Notes: a model not told the origin generated them from the sequence alone. 64,000 bases of DNA from Candidatus Marinacidobacterales bacterium (GCA_965237955.1 OZ250169.1:2848001-2912000), one strand, 5' to 3'. Counted from the stretch's first letter, positions 9,787 to 23,254 are shown. Program-made: numbers and translations.

Positions 9787-12258
9787 TCAGAACCTGAACT
9801 TCATCTCGCCTACAACGGTCCGCCGGAGCAGGTCGCCGAAGATGTGCTGCTGGACAGTTTGGTTGAACAGGTTGGTCACCTTCACCGTCGTCGTGACGGT
9901 GCCTCCCTGCCACTTCACCCCGAAGCTACCGTTCACCGTCGCGTACCCGTCGGTGTAGCCGTGATACGCCGACGTGAGGACGTCGCTCCAGAACGCGTCG
10001 GTGGCGGCGTTCACCGAGGCGGAGCCCAGCAGCCTCGACCCGTTCCACGTCATCGCTGCGTTGAACCGGTGCGTCGGGGGCAGGTTGAGCTCCGCCGGCA
10101 GATACGGGTTCGGATTGTCCAGGATCTCCGGTTCGGACTGCCACGAGTAGTTGATGGACGCGGCTAGCGACCGTGAGACCTTCTGTTCGAGCCACAGCTC
10201 CATGCCGGTCTGGCGGATCGGACCCAAATTCAGGTATGTGAACGCGGTTCGAGGCAGAAAGATCCCTAACTGCGCCATCTGCGTCAGCACGAGCGGCGGG
10301 AGCCGCCATCCGGGCGGTGGACTTGCTGCGGTATACGGGTCGAGACTTGGCGGCAGCGCGGTGAAGTTGATGGAGTCATCCCGCCGGTTGACGAAGAACG
10401 AGCCGCCGAGCGTCGTCCCGCGCGGGAGCACGCCAGTGTAGCTCACTTCGTACGCCGTCAACGATTCCTCCGTCAACTCGTCCTGGGGCATCCCGCCGAT
10501 CGGGATGTCGCTGCCGGACGCGCCGACCACGAGCGGAAACGGCTGGGCGACCGCTGGCTGCAGCACCGGCGGCAGAAGCGGCGCGAGGGCGCTCAGGTCC
10601 ACCGGGCTGACGATGTTCGTCTGCAGGGCGTTGTTGATGACCGACGGCGCACGGAAGGCTCGGTTGTACGACAGCGTGACGGAGTGATCCTCTGCCGGCT
10701 TGACGATGAACGCGATCCGCGGCGAGAACTTTGGGTCGGAGAGGTTGCCGAATTTGTCCACGCGCCCGCCCAGAACGAGGCGGAACCGTTCCCAGAAGAT
10801 CTCGTCCTGCAGGTACCCGCCCACCTCGAGGCGGTTCTCGCCAAGCGGTGCGAGGGTGATGTCGAAGTTGTTCTGCCGCACGTTGCCACCGTAGTTCAGC
10901 CGGTGCCGGCTTCCGAGGAACACCGAGTGGCCGATCTCGCCGTCGAACGTCTGTGACTTGAAGTCGAGCTGCTGCGGCATCCCGGTGGCGATGTCCGGCA
11001 GCAACAGGTTCGGTGCCTTGCCGTCCAGGAAGTTCGCGAAGAACTGTATCTGCAGGTCGCCCCGCGTGTAGTTCAGCTTGCCGTAGCCCATGTATGTCCC
11101 CGACTGCATGTCGAACGGACCGATGCCGCTGTGGACGATTCCTTCCGTGCCGGCCACGCCGCCCGAGTAAGTGATGGTGGCATCGGACAGCTCCTGGTCG
11201 ACCCGCACCTCGAACTTCGGCTGGCTGGTGCCCCGGTTCGCGAATCCGGTCCCGAATGCGGCGGTGCCCGAGTCCAGAGGGTAGAACGCTCCTCCCACGG
11301 TCTGTCCGGGCTGACGCGGGTCGTCGATCACCGGGATCCGGCCCGTCGGCCGGGCGAACGCGTCGGACCTGAAGTAGCCGCCGCTGACGCGGTACGACAG
11401 CCGGTCGCTCGGCGCCCGCGTCACGGTCGCGTTCGCACCGAACATCGAGCCCTCGCCAAGTCCGACGCCCGATCCGTCATTCCGGTCGACGTACCCGCCG
11501 CTGAGCGTCACCGTCGTGCCGACCGATTCCCGCGGCGGCTTGGTGATGATGTTGACCGCCCCGGTCATGGCGTTGGCGCCCCACACCGCGGACGCTGGCC
11601 CCCGCACCACCTCGATCTGCTCCACGTCGTCGAAGTTGGTCGGGAGCAGGTCCCACATCACGAGGCCGAAGAAGTCAAGGTAGACGCTGCGTCCGTCCAC
11701 CAGGACGAGCTGCGAGTTCGTCAGCGTGTTGCCGGGGCTGCGGCTGGTGACCTGCACGTCGCGGGCCGAGAGCTGGATCACGTTGACGCCCGGCGTCGCA
11801 CGCAGGAGGTCGCCGTAGTTCTGGGCCGGCGTGGTTTCAAGCGTGGCGGTGGAGATGACCGACATGGACACCGGCGCATCGATCAGCCGGACCTCGTTTC
11901 GCGATGCGGTCACGACCACCGTGTCACCGAAGCTGGCGAGCTGCAGCACCACCTCGGGCAGCACCACCACGCCGTCGGACACCACCACGTCATTGACCGT
12001 CGCATCAGAGAAGCCGGTCAGAGACACGGTCAGCGTGTAGGTGCCCGGAGCGATTCCGCCGGACAGCTCGAAGTCGCCCCGCTCGTCCGAATAGACGGTG
12101 CGCGGTACGCCGTCTCCTCGCAACGTCACGGTGGTGCCCGACAGCACCAGACCGGTCTGGTCAACGACGCTGCCGGTGACGCTTCCGGTCTGCGCCGATC
12201 CGGACGCCGGCCATGTGACGAGCAGGAAAAGGCGCAAAATTCCAACGTGACGAATCAT
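9787..12258 (-). CDS. TonB-dependent receptor with carboxypeptidase-regulatory-like N-terminal domain
   Basis: ATG 12258 behind GGAGG; DTVVVTASR plug region, VLVDGR, IEVVRGPASAVWGANAMTGAVNIITK, C-terminal F. Confidence 0.92.
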   Translation of the reverse strand: MIRHVGILRLFLLVTWPASGSAQTGSVTGSVVDQTGLVLSGTTVTLRGDGVPRTVYSDERGDFELSGGIAPGTYTLTVSLTGFSDATVNDVVVSDGVVVLPEVVLQLASFGDTVVVTASRNEVRLIDAPVSMSVISTATLETTPAQNYGDLLRATPGVNVIQLSARDVQVTSRSPGNTLTNSQLVLVDGRSVYLDFFGLVMWDLLPTNFDDVEQIEVVRGPASAVWGANAMTGAVNIITKPPRESVGTTVTLSGGYVDRNDGSGVGLGEGSMFGANATVTRAPSDRLSYRVSGGYFRSDAFARPTGRIPVIDDPRQPGQTVGGAFYPLDSGTAAFGTGFANRGTSQPKFEVRVDQELSDATITYSGGVAGTEGIVHSGIGPFDMQSGTYMGYGKLNYTRGDLQIQFFANFLDGKAPNLLLPDIATGMPQQLDFKSQTFDGEIGHSVFLGSRHRLNYGGNVRQNNFDITLAPLGENRLEVGGYLQDEIFWERFRLVLGGRVDKFGNLSDPKFSPRIAFIVKPAEDHSVTLSYNRAFRAPSVINNALQTNIVSPVDLSALAPLLPPVLQPAVAQPFPLVVGASGSDIPIGGMPQDELTEESLTAYEVSYTGVLPRGTTLGGSFFVNRRDDSINFTALPPSLDPYTAASPPPGWRLPPLVLTQMAQLGIFLPRTAFTYLNLGPIRQTGMELWLEQKVSRSLAASINYSWQSEPEILDNPNPYLPAELNLPPTHRFNAAMTWNGSRLLGSASVNAATDAFWSDVLTSAYHGYTDGYATVNGSFGVKWQGGTVTTTVKVTNLFNQTVQQHIFGDLLRRTVVGEMKFRF

Positions 12259-12539
12259 CAAGTAACCTCCACTAAGATTTCGGACGCATGCCAGATGTGG
12301 TCTCGTCATGACCATCACCTCGGATTGTAGATGAAAGATCAGGAAAGTGTCACGAGCAGCACGTGATGCGGGCTGGGCTGACCACACGGTGCCTGACGTT
12401 CAGAGACACCTTCGTGTGCACGCCGACATCCTCATTAATGGCGTTCGCCGACACAGGCAGGCCAGCTGACACTAGCATTCAAACACGGCGTAGCAACATA
12501 TCTGGACTCCTCTAGTCAAGCCCCTTTCTTAATAAATCT

Positions 12540-12805
12540 TCCATCGAAGCTGCGCATCCATCGCGTCGTGACGAGTGGGTCAGACTGCAAACGTATCTTC
12601 GGCCTCAGTGAGGAGCGTCTTGGGTGCTCCGGGCCATGATGGAAAATCCGCGCGCGAGGAGCCAATCACTTTGAACGACCTCTTAGGGCCAGTGTTGCTA
12701 TCGGCTTGACCCCGCGCCGGTCCGACCGGTACGCCATCAGTTGGATGGGTATCGTCGCAGCCTCTTTTGGAAGGGAAAAAGGAAAACACGAAAGTGGAGC
12801 CTCTA
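12540..12805 (-). ncRNA. Putative bridge/seek RNA of the IS1111-type element (boundaries approximate)
   Basis: Non-coding region downstream of the transposase with segments matching the reconstructed target (12691-12700, 12667-12674) and the donor junction (12636-12644, 12592-12598). Confidence 0.8.
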
Positions 12806-12808
12806 AGT

Positions 12809-13840
12809 CTAAGCGGCCATCGGCGACTGGAATTCACTCTCGCGGGTGGAGACGGCCCAGACGATCCGGGCGAGTTTGTTGGCGACAGCAATCACGGCCT
12901 TGTTGTGTCCCCGCGAGCGGTGGACCTTCCGAGCCCAGGCGCGGAGCTTGTCGGGCGGGCTCTTACTGACGTTCGCCGCGCGGAGCACGGCGCGCCCGCC
13001 CTGGGTGAGGAGCATACGGAGGTAGGAGTCGCCACGCTTGGTGATGCGTCCGAGGCGGCGAATGTCGCCACTGGAGTTTTCCTTGGGAACTAGGCCGAGG
13101 TAGCTCGAGAAGCGGCGCCCCGATGGGAAGCGGCGAAGATCGCCGACGAAGCCCACGATGGCGGTCGCGGTCAGAAGTCCGATGCCGGGAATGGCGAGAA
13201 GTCGTTGGACTTCAGGAAGCTGCTTGGTGAGCGCCTTGAGCTCGTGCTCGATGCCAGCGCACTTGTCCTTGAGTTCTCGAATCTCGGAGCAGGCATCACG
13301 GAGATGCGAACGGAGCACGTCGGGCAAATCAGAATCAGCGTCTTCGACGAGTTCGAAGAGGGCGGGCACGACGAAGTGAGCGCCCTTTGGGATGATGAAT
13401 CCGAGTTCGCGCAGGATCCCGCGTACGGCATTGATGCGTGCGGTCCGTGTGGAGAGCCATCCTGAGCGCAGGCGATGGAGCGCGGCGAGGCTGTGCTGGT
13501 GCACGGACTTAATGGGCACGGGAAGAATCTCCTCGTTCCTGTAGGCCTCGAGCAACGCTTTGGCGTCGGCGCGGTCGTTCTTGCTCCCGCGTCGATAGGG
13601 CCTCACGAGGTGAGGTGGGAGCAGGACGACGTCGTGTCCCAACCTTCGGAACGTCCTTGCCCAGAAGTGAGCAGAGCCGCAGGCTTCGAGAAGCACGGTG
13701 GCAGCGCTCTGTTTGGCAAAAAACGACACCAACTTGGGTCGACTCACACGGAGTTGCTTGGACACCTTCCCCGCTTCTCCCGAGATGGCAATCTCGAAGA
13801 CGTTCTTTGCAAGATCCACAGCGATCGTCGTATCTTTCAT
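12809..13840 (-). CDS. IS110-family DEDD transposase/recombinase
   Basis: IAVDLAKNVF, VLLEAC, KNDRADA, IPGIG, YLGLVPKENSSG; ATG behind AGGAGG. Confidence 0.97.
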   Translation of the reverse strand: MKDTTIAVDLAKNVFEIAISGEAGKVSKQLRVSRPKLVSFFAKQSAATVLLEACGSAHFWARTFRRLGHDVVLLPPHLVRPYRRGSKNDRADAKALLEAYRNEEILPVPIKSVHQHSLAALHRLRSGWLSTRTARINAVRGILRELGFIIPKGAHFVVPALFELVEDADSDLPDVLRSHLRDACSEIRELKDKCAGIEHELKALTKQLPEVQRLLAIPGIGLLTATAIVGFVGDLRRFPSGRRFSSYLGLVPKENSSGDIRRLGRITKRGDSYLRMLLTQGGRAVLRAANVSKSPPDKLRAWARKVHRSRGHNKAVIAVANKLARIVWAVSTRESEFQSPMAA

Positions 13841-13923
13841 TCGGACTCCTCCTTTTCGATGCGTATTCGACTGACTTTGGCACATCGATGCCGTCTATGT
13901 CAGCGGAGGAGTCCATTCCATCA

Positions 13924-14388
13924 CTTGATGGCGGAAGCACCGAATAGAGTCCATGCCGACGGCAAGAACCAGCGAGAGCCACCCACTTGATGGCGGAAGC
14001 ACCGAATAGAGTCCATGCCGACGGCAAGAACCACTTGATGGCGGAAGCACCGAATAGAGTCCATGCCGACGGCAAGAACCACTTGATGGCGGAAGCACCG
14101 AATAGAGTCCATGCCGACGGCAAGAACCAGCGAGAGCCACCCCTTGATGGCGGAAGCACCGAATAGAGTCCATGCCGACGGCAAGAACCAGCGAGAGCCA
14201 CCCCTTGATGGCGGAAGCACCGAATAGAGTCCATGCCGACGGCAAGAACCAGCGAGAGCCACCCACTTGATGGCGGAAGCACCGAATAGAGTCCATGCCG
14301 ACGGCAAGAACCAGCGAGAGCCACCCCTTGATGGCGGAAGCACCGAATAGAGTCCATGCCGACGGCAAGAACCAGCGAGAGCCACCCA
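13924..14388. repeat. Tandem array of 8 units (62, 48, 48, 61, 61, 62, 61, 62 bp)
   Basis: Unit CTTGATGGCGGAAGCACCGAATAGAGTCCATGCCGACGGCAAGAACCA(GCGAGAGCCACCC[A]); starts at 13924, 13986, 14034, 14082, 14143, 14204, 14266, 14327. Confidence 0.98.
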
Positions 14389-15702
14389 CTGGGGAGCGAC
14401 TGCGGTGGTCAGCCTGATCATCCACGAAGAAATCGCCTATCTAAAGGTGCACGATCTCCCGAGGGCGGTTCGAGACCGGCACATGGAGTGGTGGCATGCC
14501 CCGATTCCCGACGGAGAGGCACCGGAACAGGACTTCGAGCACGCCTGGAAGGCCACCGGCGAGTCCATCCGGAACCGGCTGCGGCTCGGCTTCGACGTGC
14601 TGCTCCACTGCCGGGGTGGTCTGGGACGCGCCGGGACCATCACAGCCCGCCTGCTGGTGGAGTTGGGCGTGCAACCGGACGATGCGATCCGCCGCGTGCG
14701 CGACGCCCGCGAATGGACCATCGAGAACGGCTCCCAGCTGGCTCACGTGAGGCAGTGTTCGGCACAAGCACCATCGGTTCCATCCCGGAGACCGCGGACG
14801 ACATCCACGACCGGGCGCTCGGGGCCTTCCTCGGTCTGGCGGTGGGCGACGCGGTCGGCACGACGCTCGAATTCTGCTCCCGCGATACGCAGCCGCGTCT
14901 AGAAGACATGGTCGGTGGCGGCCCGTTCGATCTGCCGGCCGGCGCTTGGACCGACGACACGGCCATGGCGCTGGCCCTTGCCGACAGCCTGGCGGAATCC
15001 AAGACGCTCGACTGCCGGGACCTGATGGACCGTTTCGTGAAGTGGTGGCGAGACGGAGACTACTCGTGGAGCGGAGACTGCTTCGACATCGGAAACACGA
15101 CCTGCCAAGCGCTCACCCGGTACCTACGGACGGGTGACCCGGTCGCGGGTTCGACCGATCCCTTGAGCGCAGGCAACGGCTCGCTGATGCGGCTCGCCCC
15201 CGTTGCGCTCCGGTTCAGGCACGACCGGCCGCGCCTGATCGCAGCAGCCGCCGACCAGTCCCGGACGACCCACGGAGCCGAGGAAGCAGTGGACGCCTGC
15301 CGGGCGTTCGGCGAGCTCCTAGCGGACGCCATCGCCGGGTCACCGTTCTCGGACGTTCTGGCTCCGAGACGGTTCACGGGAGCGGCGGCAATCACTCAGG
15401 TCATAGCCGGCAGCTGGCGAGGACGGACACGGGATACGATCCGCTCCAGCGGGTACGTCGTTCACACGCTCGAAGCCGCCATCTGGTCAGTCGCCCGCAC
15501 CGGAGACTTCCGCAGCGCGGTGCTGCTCGCGGCCAACCTGGCCGACGACGCCGATACGGTAGCAGCAGTGACGGGGCAGCTCGCCGGCGCCCTCTACGGC
15601 CTGAACGCCATCCCCGACCACTGGCGGGAACGCGTTGCCTGGAAGGATCGACTCCTGGCAGCGGCGCGGCGGTTGCTGTCGGAACCCCTTGCCGACCGGT
15701 AG
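14356..15702 (+). pseudogene. CDKN3-like dual-specificity phosphatase / ADP-ribosylglycohydrolase fusion, disrupted
   Basis: MPTARTSESHPL start; phosphatase in another frame (WGATAVVSL...HCRGGLGRAG); ARH domain (GLAVGDAVG, WTDDT, AGNGSLMRLAP, DADT) back in the first frame; frame breaks near 14390 and 14775. Confidence 0.85.
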
Positions 15703-15809
15703 AAGTTGGGTGGGTAGCCGAAGCACGGCTCTTGACCCGGTCGCAAACACAGACACTAAGCTGCTGATATTATGGTCTGTTTCAAAAGGCCGAGTTTTGG
15801 CACAGGACG

Positions 15810-16270
15810 GGGACGGGATGCTGCGCGCCCGCGCGCCGGCCGACCAGGTCCGTCTCGAACGGCTGGTGGGCGACGCGCTGCCGGCCGCTGGCGCGGTCGC
15901 GGTCAGTGGGTCGATCGTGCTCCGCCGCTCGGCCGTGGTGCCGCCGTTCGTGGTGCACGTCAAGCCGGTGGGCGTCCCGCACCCGGACCACGGTGCGCGG
16001 CACGTGGCCGCGCTCGTGCTGATTGTCGAGCCGGGGCGCCAGCATCGCATCAATCCCGACCTGGTGGCCACGACCCTGGACCTGACGCCGGCGGAGACGC
16101 AGGTGGCGGTCTGGTTGGCGGAAGGCAAAAGCGTGCGCGACATGGCCGAGGCGACGGGGCATACGGACGCCGCCATCTACTGGCACCTGCAGCGGATCTA
16201 CCAGAAGCACTCCCTCTCGCGGCAGGCGGACCTGGTGCGGTTGGTGCTGTCGCTCGCCGAGATCGGATGA
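15810..16270 (+). pseudogene. 3' half of LuxR-type HTH regulator (truncated duplicate of 26031-27170)
   Basis: Identical to 26711-27170; 5' part replaced by a family A end ending at 15809. Confidence 0.9.
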
Positions 16271-16918
16271 GGGCGGCGCGGGCGTGATCCGCGCGGGTGC
16301 GGTAGACGTTGACGGCCTCGACGCCCTCGGCCTGCCGCGCGTCGCGCTGCGCGTGGCCCGGCCAACCGGCGGCAGGCGCCCGGCCCGAGTGCGGCACACC
16401 CTTGAATCACACGGCGCGCGCGCGCCCACCGGTGCCGGGTGCGCGGTCGGCCAGCTCGGCCCCGTGGCGGCACTGGTCGGCGTGTGTGGCGGCATGGGTC
16501 GCCACCGTGTCCCATGCCTCGGCCGCGGGCGCGGTTCGCGGTCGCGGCGTCGGTCGCGGCGTCAGCGACCTGGGCGGCGCGCGCGTGGTGCGCCGCGGCG
16601 GTGCGTGCCTCGTCCGCTTTCACGGCGCGGGCGCGCATCAGGTCGAGCGCCTTGCTCGCCTTGGTGCTCAGCGCGCTGGCGGTGGTGATTGTCTTCGGCA
16701 TCGGCTGTGGTGTCCTTTCTGCGCGGGGGCTCGTCGGGGATTCCGTCCTGGCCGCCGATGAGGTCGATGAGCGCGGTCCTGTGCCGGCGTCGCCGGTCCT
16801 TGATGGCGATCAGGTGCTGCTCCCGCTGGTCCATCCGCGCGGGGAGTGCCTCCATCCGCGCGATCGCCCGATCGAACAAAGGGAGCGCCGTCGTCAGCTC
16901 GGGCGATGGCGTCGTCGT
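16271..16918 (-). other. Very GC-rich segment with fragmentary hypothetical ORFs (MPKTITTASALS... behind AAAGGA); duplicated at 27171-27795
   Basis: ORFs 16198-16701 and 16562-16918; the second copy has 2-bp and 21-bp deletions. Confidence 0.4.
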
Positions 16919-18348
16919 CGTCCTGTGCCAAAACTCGGCCCTCTTGAAATAGACCACAAATCAGCAGCTTAGTGTCTGTGTTTGCGACCGGACCAAGGGC
17001 CGTAGGCTTTACAATCGTCTGGCCCGAGGGTGTTATCTTCAGATCCATGATGACGTACCACGTGCAATTCCTACTGCTCGTTCTAGCTGGCTGGGTCAAC
17101 CGCCAGCAGCAGGATGTGATCGACTACCAGCAAGAGGAGAACCGTGTGCTCCGAGCCGGGCTTCGGGGCAAGCGTCTCAGTCTCTCGGACGACGACCGGC
17201 GCAGGCTCGCGGTCAAGGCCCAGGCTTTGGGCCGCGAGGCGCTGGCCCAGATTGCGTCCGTTGCCACACCCGCTACGCTTCTGCGTTGGTACCGCTGCCT
17301 CATCGCAGCCAAGTACGATGGCAGCAAGAACCGGAGCCCAGGCCGACCTCCGACGGCGAAGGACATCCGTGAGCTCATTGTGCGCGTGGCGCGGGAGAAC
17401 CCGACGTGGGGATATACGCGCCTGCGAGGCGCACTCAAGAACCTAGGACATGAACTCGGACGCAACACTATCAAGAGGATCCTCGCCGAGCACGGTATCG
17501 CTCCTGCGCCGGAGCGGGGCAAGAGCATGTCGTGGAGCACCTTCATCAAGGCTCATTGGGGCGCCATCGCTGCGACAGACCTGTTCACCGTCGAGGTTGT
17601 GAACCCGTTCGGGCTCGTCCGCTACCATGTCCTGTTTGTCATCGATATCGCCACTCGCTGCGTGTGCATCGGTGGGATAACGTCGGACACCCCAACGGGG
17701 AGTGGATGAAGCAGGTGGCAAGAAACCTCACTGACATGTGGGATGGTTTCCTCCTTGGCAAGCGATACCTCATCCACGACCGGGACCCGCTATTCACCGA
17801 GGCGGTACGTGGGCTGTTGAGAGATTCAGGCGTGAAGCCCCTTCGCCTTCCCGCTAATAGTCCGAATCTGAACGCATATGCGGAAAGATTCGTTCTCTCC
17901 ATACGTCGAGAGTGTCTCGACCGCTTCGTACCTCTCAGTGAGCGACACCTGCGCACAGCGGTAACCGAATACGTAGTGCACTATCACACAGAACGGAACC
18001 ACCAAGGTCTCGGCAACGAGCTCCTCACACCTCTGCCGGCAAGCGCGAATGACGCTGGCCCCATCGTGTCGCGAGAGCGACTTGGGGGCATTCTCAACTA
18101 CTACTGCCGTGCCGCGTAGATTGTCGCCGGCGACGGTAGCCCCTCGGCGGGCTCGACCGGCGTAGCGTGGAAACAGCTTCAGGAACATGCTTCGATATTC
18201 GCTCTCGACTAGGTGGTCATCTGCATGGTGACGACCCGCCCGCCCAAGACGATTGTAAAGCCCACGGCCCTTGGCCCGGTCGCAAACACAGACACTAAGT
18301 TGCTGATTTATGGCCTATTTCAAAAGGGCCGAGTTTTGGCACAGGACG
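16919..18348 (+). mobile_element. Full-length (1430 bp) rve/integrase-core IS-like element, family A, with ~100-bp TIRs
   Basis: CGTCCTGTGCCAAAACTCGGCCC...GGCTTTACAATCGTCT inverted at both ends; no TSD seen. Confidence 0.9.
17047..18119 (+). pseudogene. Integrase core domain (DDE) transposase, frameshifted near 17690
   Basis: [45 protein letters not shown]; 2-nt insertion relative to the fragment at 25896-25965 (tcggaccccaac). Confidence 0.9.
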
Positions 18349-18646
18349 GGGTATTGAGCCGTCCGTCGGCAGCCGAGGCGACTCTTACGATAACGCTTTG
18401 GCTGAATCCATCATCGGCCTCTACAAGACCGAGGTGATCCGTCGACGCGGGCCCTGGCGTGGTCCTGAGGACGTCGAGTTCGCCACCCTCAAGTAGGTGC
18501 ATTGGTACAACACGCAACGACTCTTGGAGCCGATCGGAAATGTCTCTCCGGTCGAGTACGAGATGAACTACTATCGGTCGCAGGAAGGCTCGCTAGAGAT
18601 GGCGAGACTCAACTAAAACAGTCTCCGGAAAACCCGGGGCGGTTCA
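18349..18646 (+). pseudogene. IS3-family 3' remnant with right IR
   Basis: PSVGSRGDSYDNALAESIIGLYKTEVI; internal stop; ends ggcggttCA. Confidence 0.88.
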
Positions 18647-18967
18647 GAACACCCTCGGGATCGTAAAGTGGCTGCATTTGTCTCTCCTCTCCTCGCTGTC
18701 TGTTTAGAGATTACGCTAGCCTGCAATCCAGGAGAAATCAACCCGGTCATTCAAGTGCTGCGAACCAAGCGTAGACACGTCTATTCTGAAACGTCCCGGC
18801 AAGCCGGTCTTGAGTTCGTTTGTATTTTTGGACACGCCGCGATCGGCGCAGGCTTGTCTCGCTCTCAGCCAAGAGCGGTACAACGACACCACTAAAATTG
18901 GTACACTTTTAGAAGTTCCCATGACCATTAGTACAGCAGTCAATTCAGCGAAAGGGAGCTTTTTCAC

Positions 18968-21766
<2,799 letters not shown>

Positions 21767-21918
21767 CTGCCATCAGGGCCGCTTCTTTCACTGTCCCTGC
21801 GGATACAGAGCCGGGCAAAGGTTCCCGCCTAATCGACTTCTAGGCACCAGCCCTGAGCTAGTCTCGTGGGGGCTTCCTGGTCGTGCGACGGGCAGAATGA
21901 GAGGGGCGTTGCGCGTCG

Positions 21919-22740
21919 CGTCCTGCGCCAAAACTCGGCCTTTTTGAAATAGACCATAGATCAGCAGCTTAGTGTGTCTGTGTTTGCGACCGGGCCAAGG
22001 GCCGTAGGCTTTACAATCGCGTCGTGTCCGAAAATGCGTACGGAGCCGAAAGCTCGAATCCTGGAGGCGTTCTCGAGATTCACGGAGACCAGCCGACGCG
22101 GCACTGGCTCTGCGATAGGCGCTCCCGCTTCCTGTGCCAAAACTCGGCCCTTTTGAAATAGGCCATAAATCAGCAGCTTAGTGTCTGTGTTTGCGACCGG
22201 ACCAAGGGCCGTAGGCTTTACAATCGTCTGGCCCGAGGGTGTTATCTTCAGCTCCATGATGACGTACCACATGCAATTCCTACTGCTCGTTCTAGCTGGC
22301 TGGGTCAACCGCCAGCAGCAGGATGTGATCGACTACCAGCAAGAGGAGAACCGTGTGCTCCGAGCCGGGCTTCGGGGCAAACGTCTCAGGCTCTCGGACG
22401 ACGAGCGGCGCAGGCTCGCCGTCAAGGCCCAGGCTTTGGGCCGCGAGGCGCTGGCCCAGATTGCGTCCGTTGCCACACCCGCTACGCTTCTGCGTTGGTA
22501 CCGCTGCCTCATCGCAGCCAAGTACGATGGCAGCAAGAACCGGAGTCCAGGCACCATACCTACATGATTTCGTCGTTTGTTCTTGCTCTCATCTCTGCCT
22601 TCAAGGCTCGTCGCGAGCTGGTGCCCGCGATGAATAAAATAGGGTTCTCCCGTCCTGTGCCAAAACTCGGCTCTTTTGAAATAGACCACAAATCAGCAGC
22701 TTAGACGCCCTTGGAATCCGCCGACCCTTGGGCTGCGGGG
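21919..22740. mobile_element. Stack of rve element remnants: family A ends at 21919, 22128, 22651; family C end at 22020; truncated transposase 22256-22550; family B fragment
   Basis: Direct matches to 16919-17340 and 4030-4125. Confidence 0.85.
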
Positions 22741-22821
22741 CGAGCTACGGGCAGTGAACTGCGCACCCGGAAGTCCCTCATTAGACTGGACTTTATCGAG
22801 CACAAGAGCGAACGTTCGGTG

Positions 22822-23253
22822 ATGCCGCAGGATACAGGGGTTGGCCGGAACGTCGTTTTGGACGGTTTGGACTTCGCCAGCTTACGGCGGGTCTGGGAGC
22901 AGACCTTTGGGGCTGCTCCTCCAAGCTCGCTCTCGCGTGTTTTCCTGCGCCGCGTTCTCTTGCACGAACGCCAGTGCCGGACCCATGGCGGGCTTTCGGC
23001 CGCAACCCGGCGCGCTCTGGCTGCCATGGCGAACGAGACACCAAGCTCCGGCGCTCTCGCAGGGTCCGTTTCTGCCGGCACCCATCTCGTCCGCGAGTGG
23101 AATGGCCGGACCTACCAGGTCGAGGTAATCGACAACGGCTATCGGTTCGATGGCAAAACCTATCCGTCCCTCACTACCATCGCAAAGCGAATCACCAGCA
23201 CCCACTGGTCTGGACCACGCTTTTTCGGTCTCACGCCCAAGCGCAAGGCCTAA
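22822..23253 (+). CDS. DUF2924 domain protein
   Basis: GTHLVREWNGRTYQVEV...GKTYPSLTTIAKRITSTHWSGPRFFGL signature. Confidence 0.9.
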   Translation: MPQDTGVGRNVVLDGLDFASLRRVWEQTFGAAPPSSLSRVFLRRVLLHERQCRTHGGLSAATRRALAAMANETPSSGALAGSVSAGTHLVREWNGRTYQVEVIDNGYRFDGKTYPSLTTIAKRITSTHWSGPRFFGLTPKRKA

Positions 23254-23254
23254 C

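Larger units (their letters stand above)
12497..13923 (-). mobile_element. Complete IS110-family (IS1111-type) element
   Basis: Subterminal IR TGGACTCCTC (12503-12512 / 13906-13915), CA core on both sides (12497-8, 13922-3), short left end and ~300-bp non-coding right end. Confidence 0.9.

Noticed and set aside
13924-14388. CRISPR array
   Set aside because: No unique spacers; units are head-to-tail copies of a gene start; no cas genes in the window.
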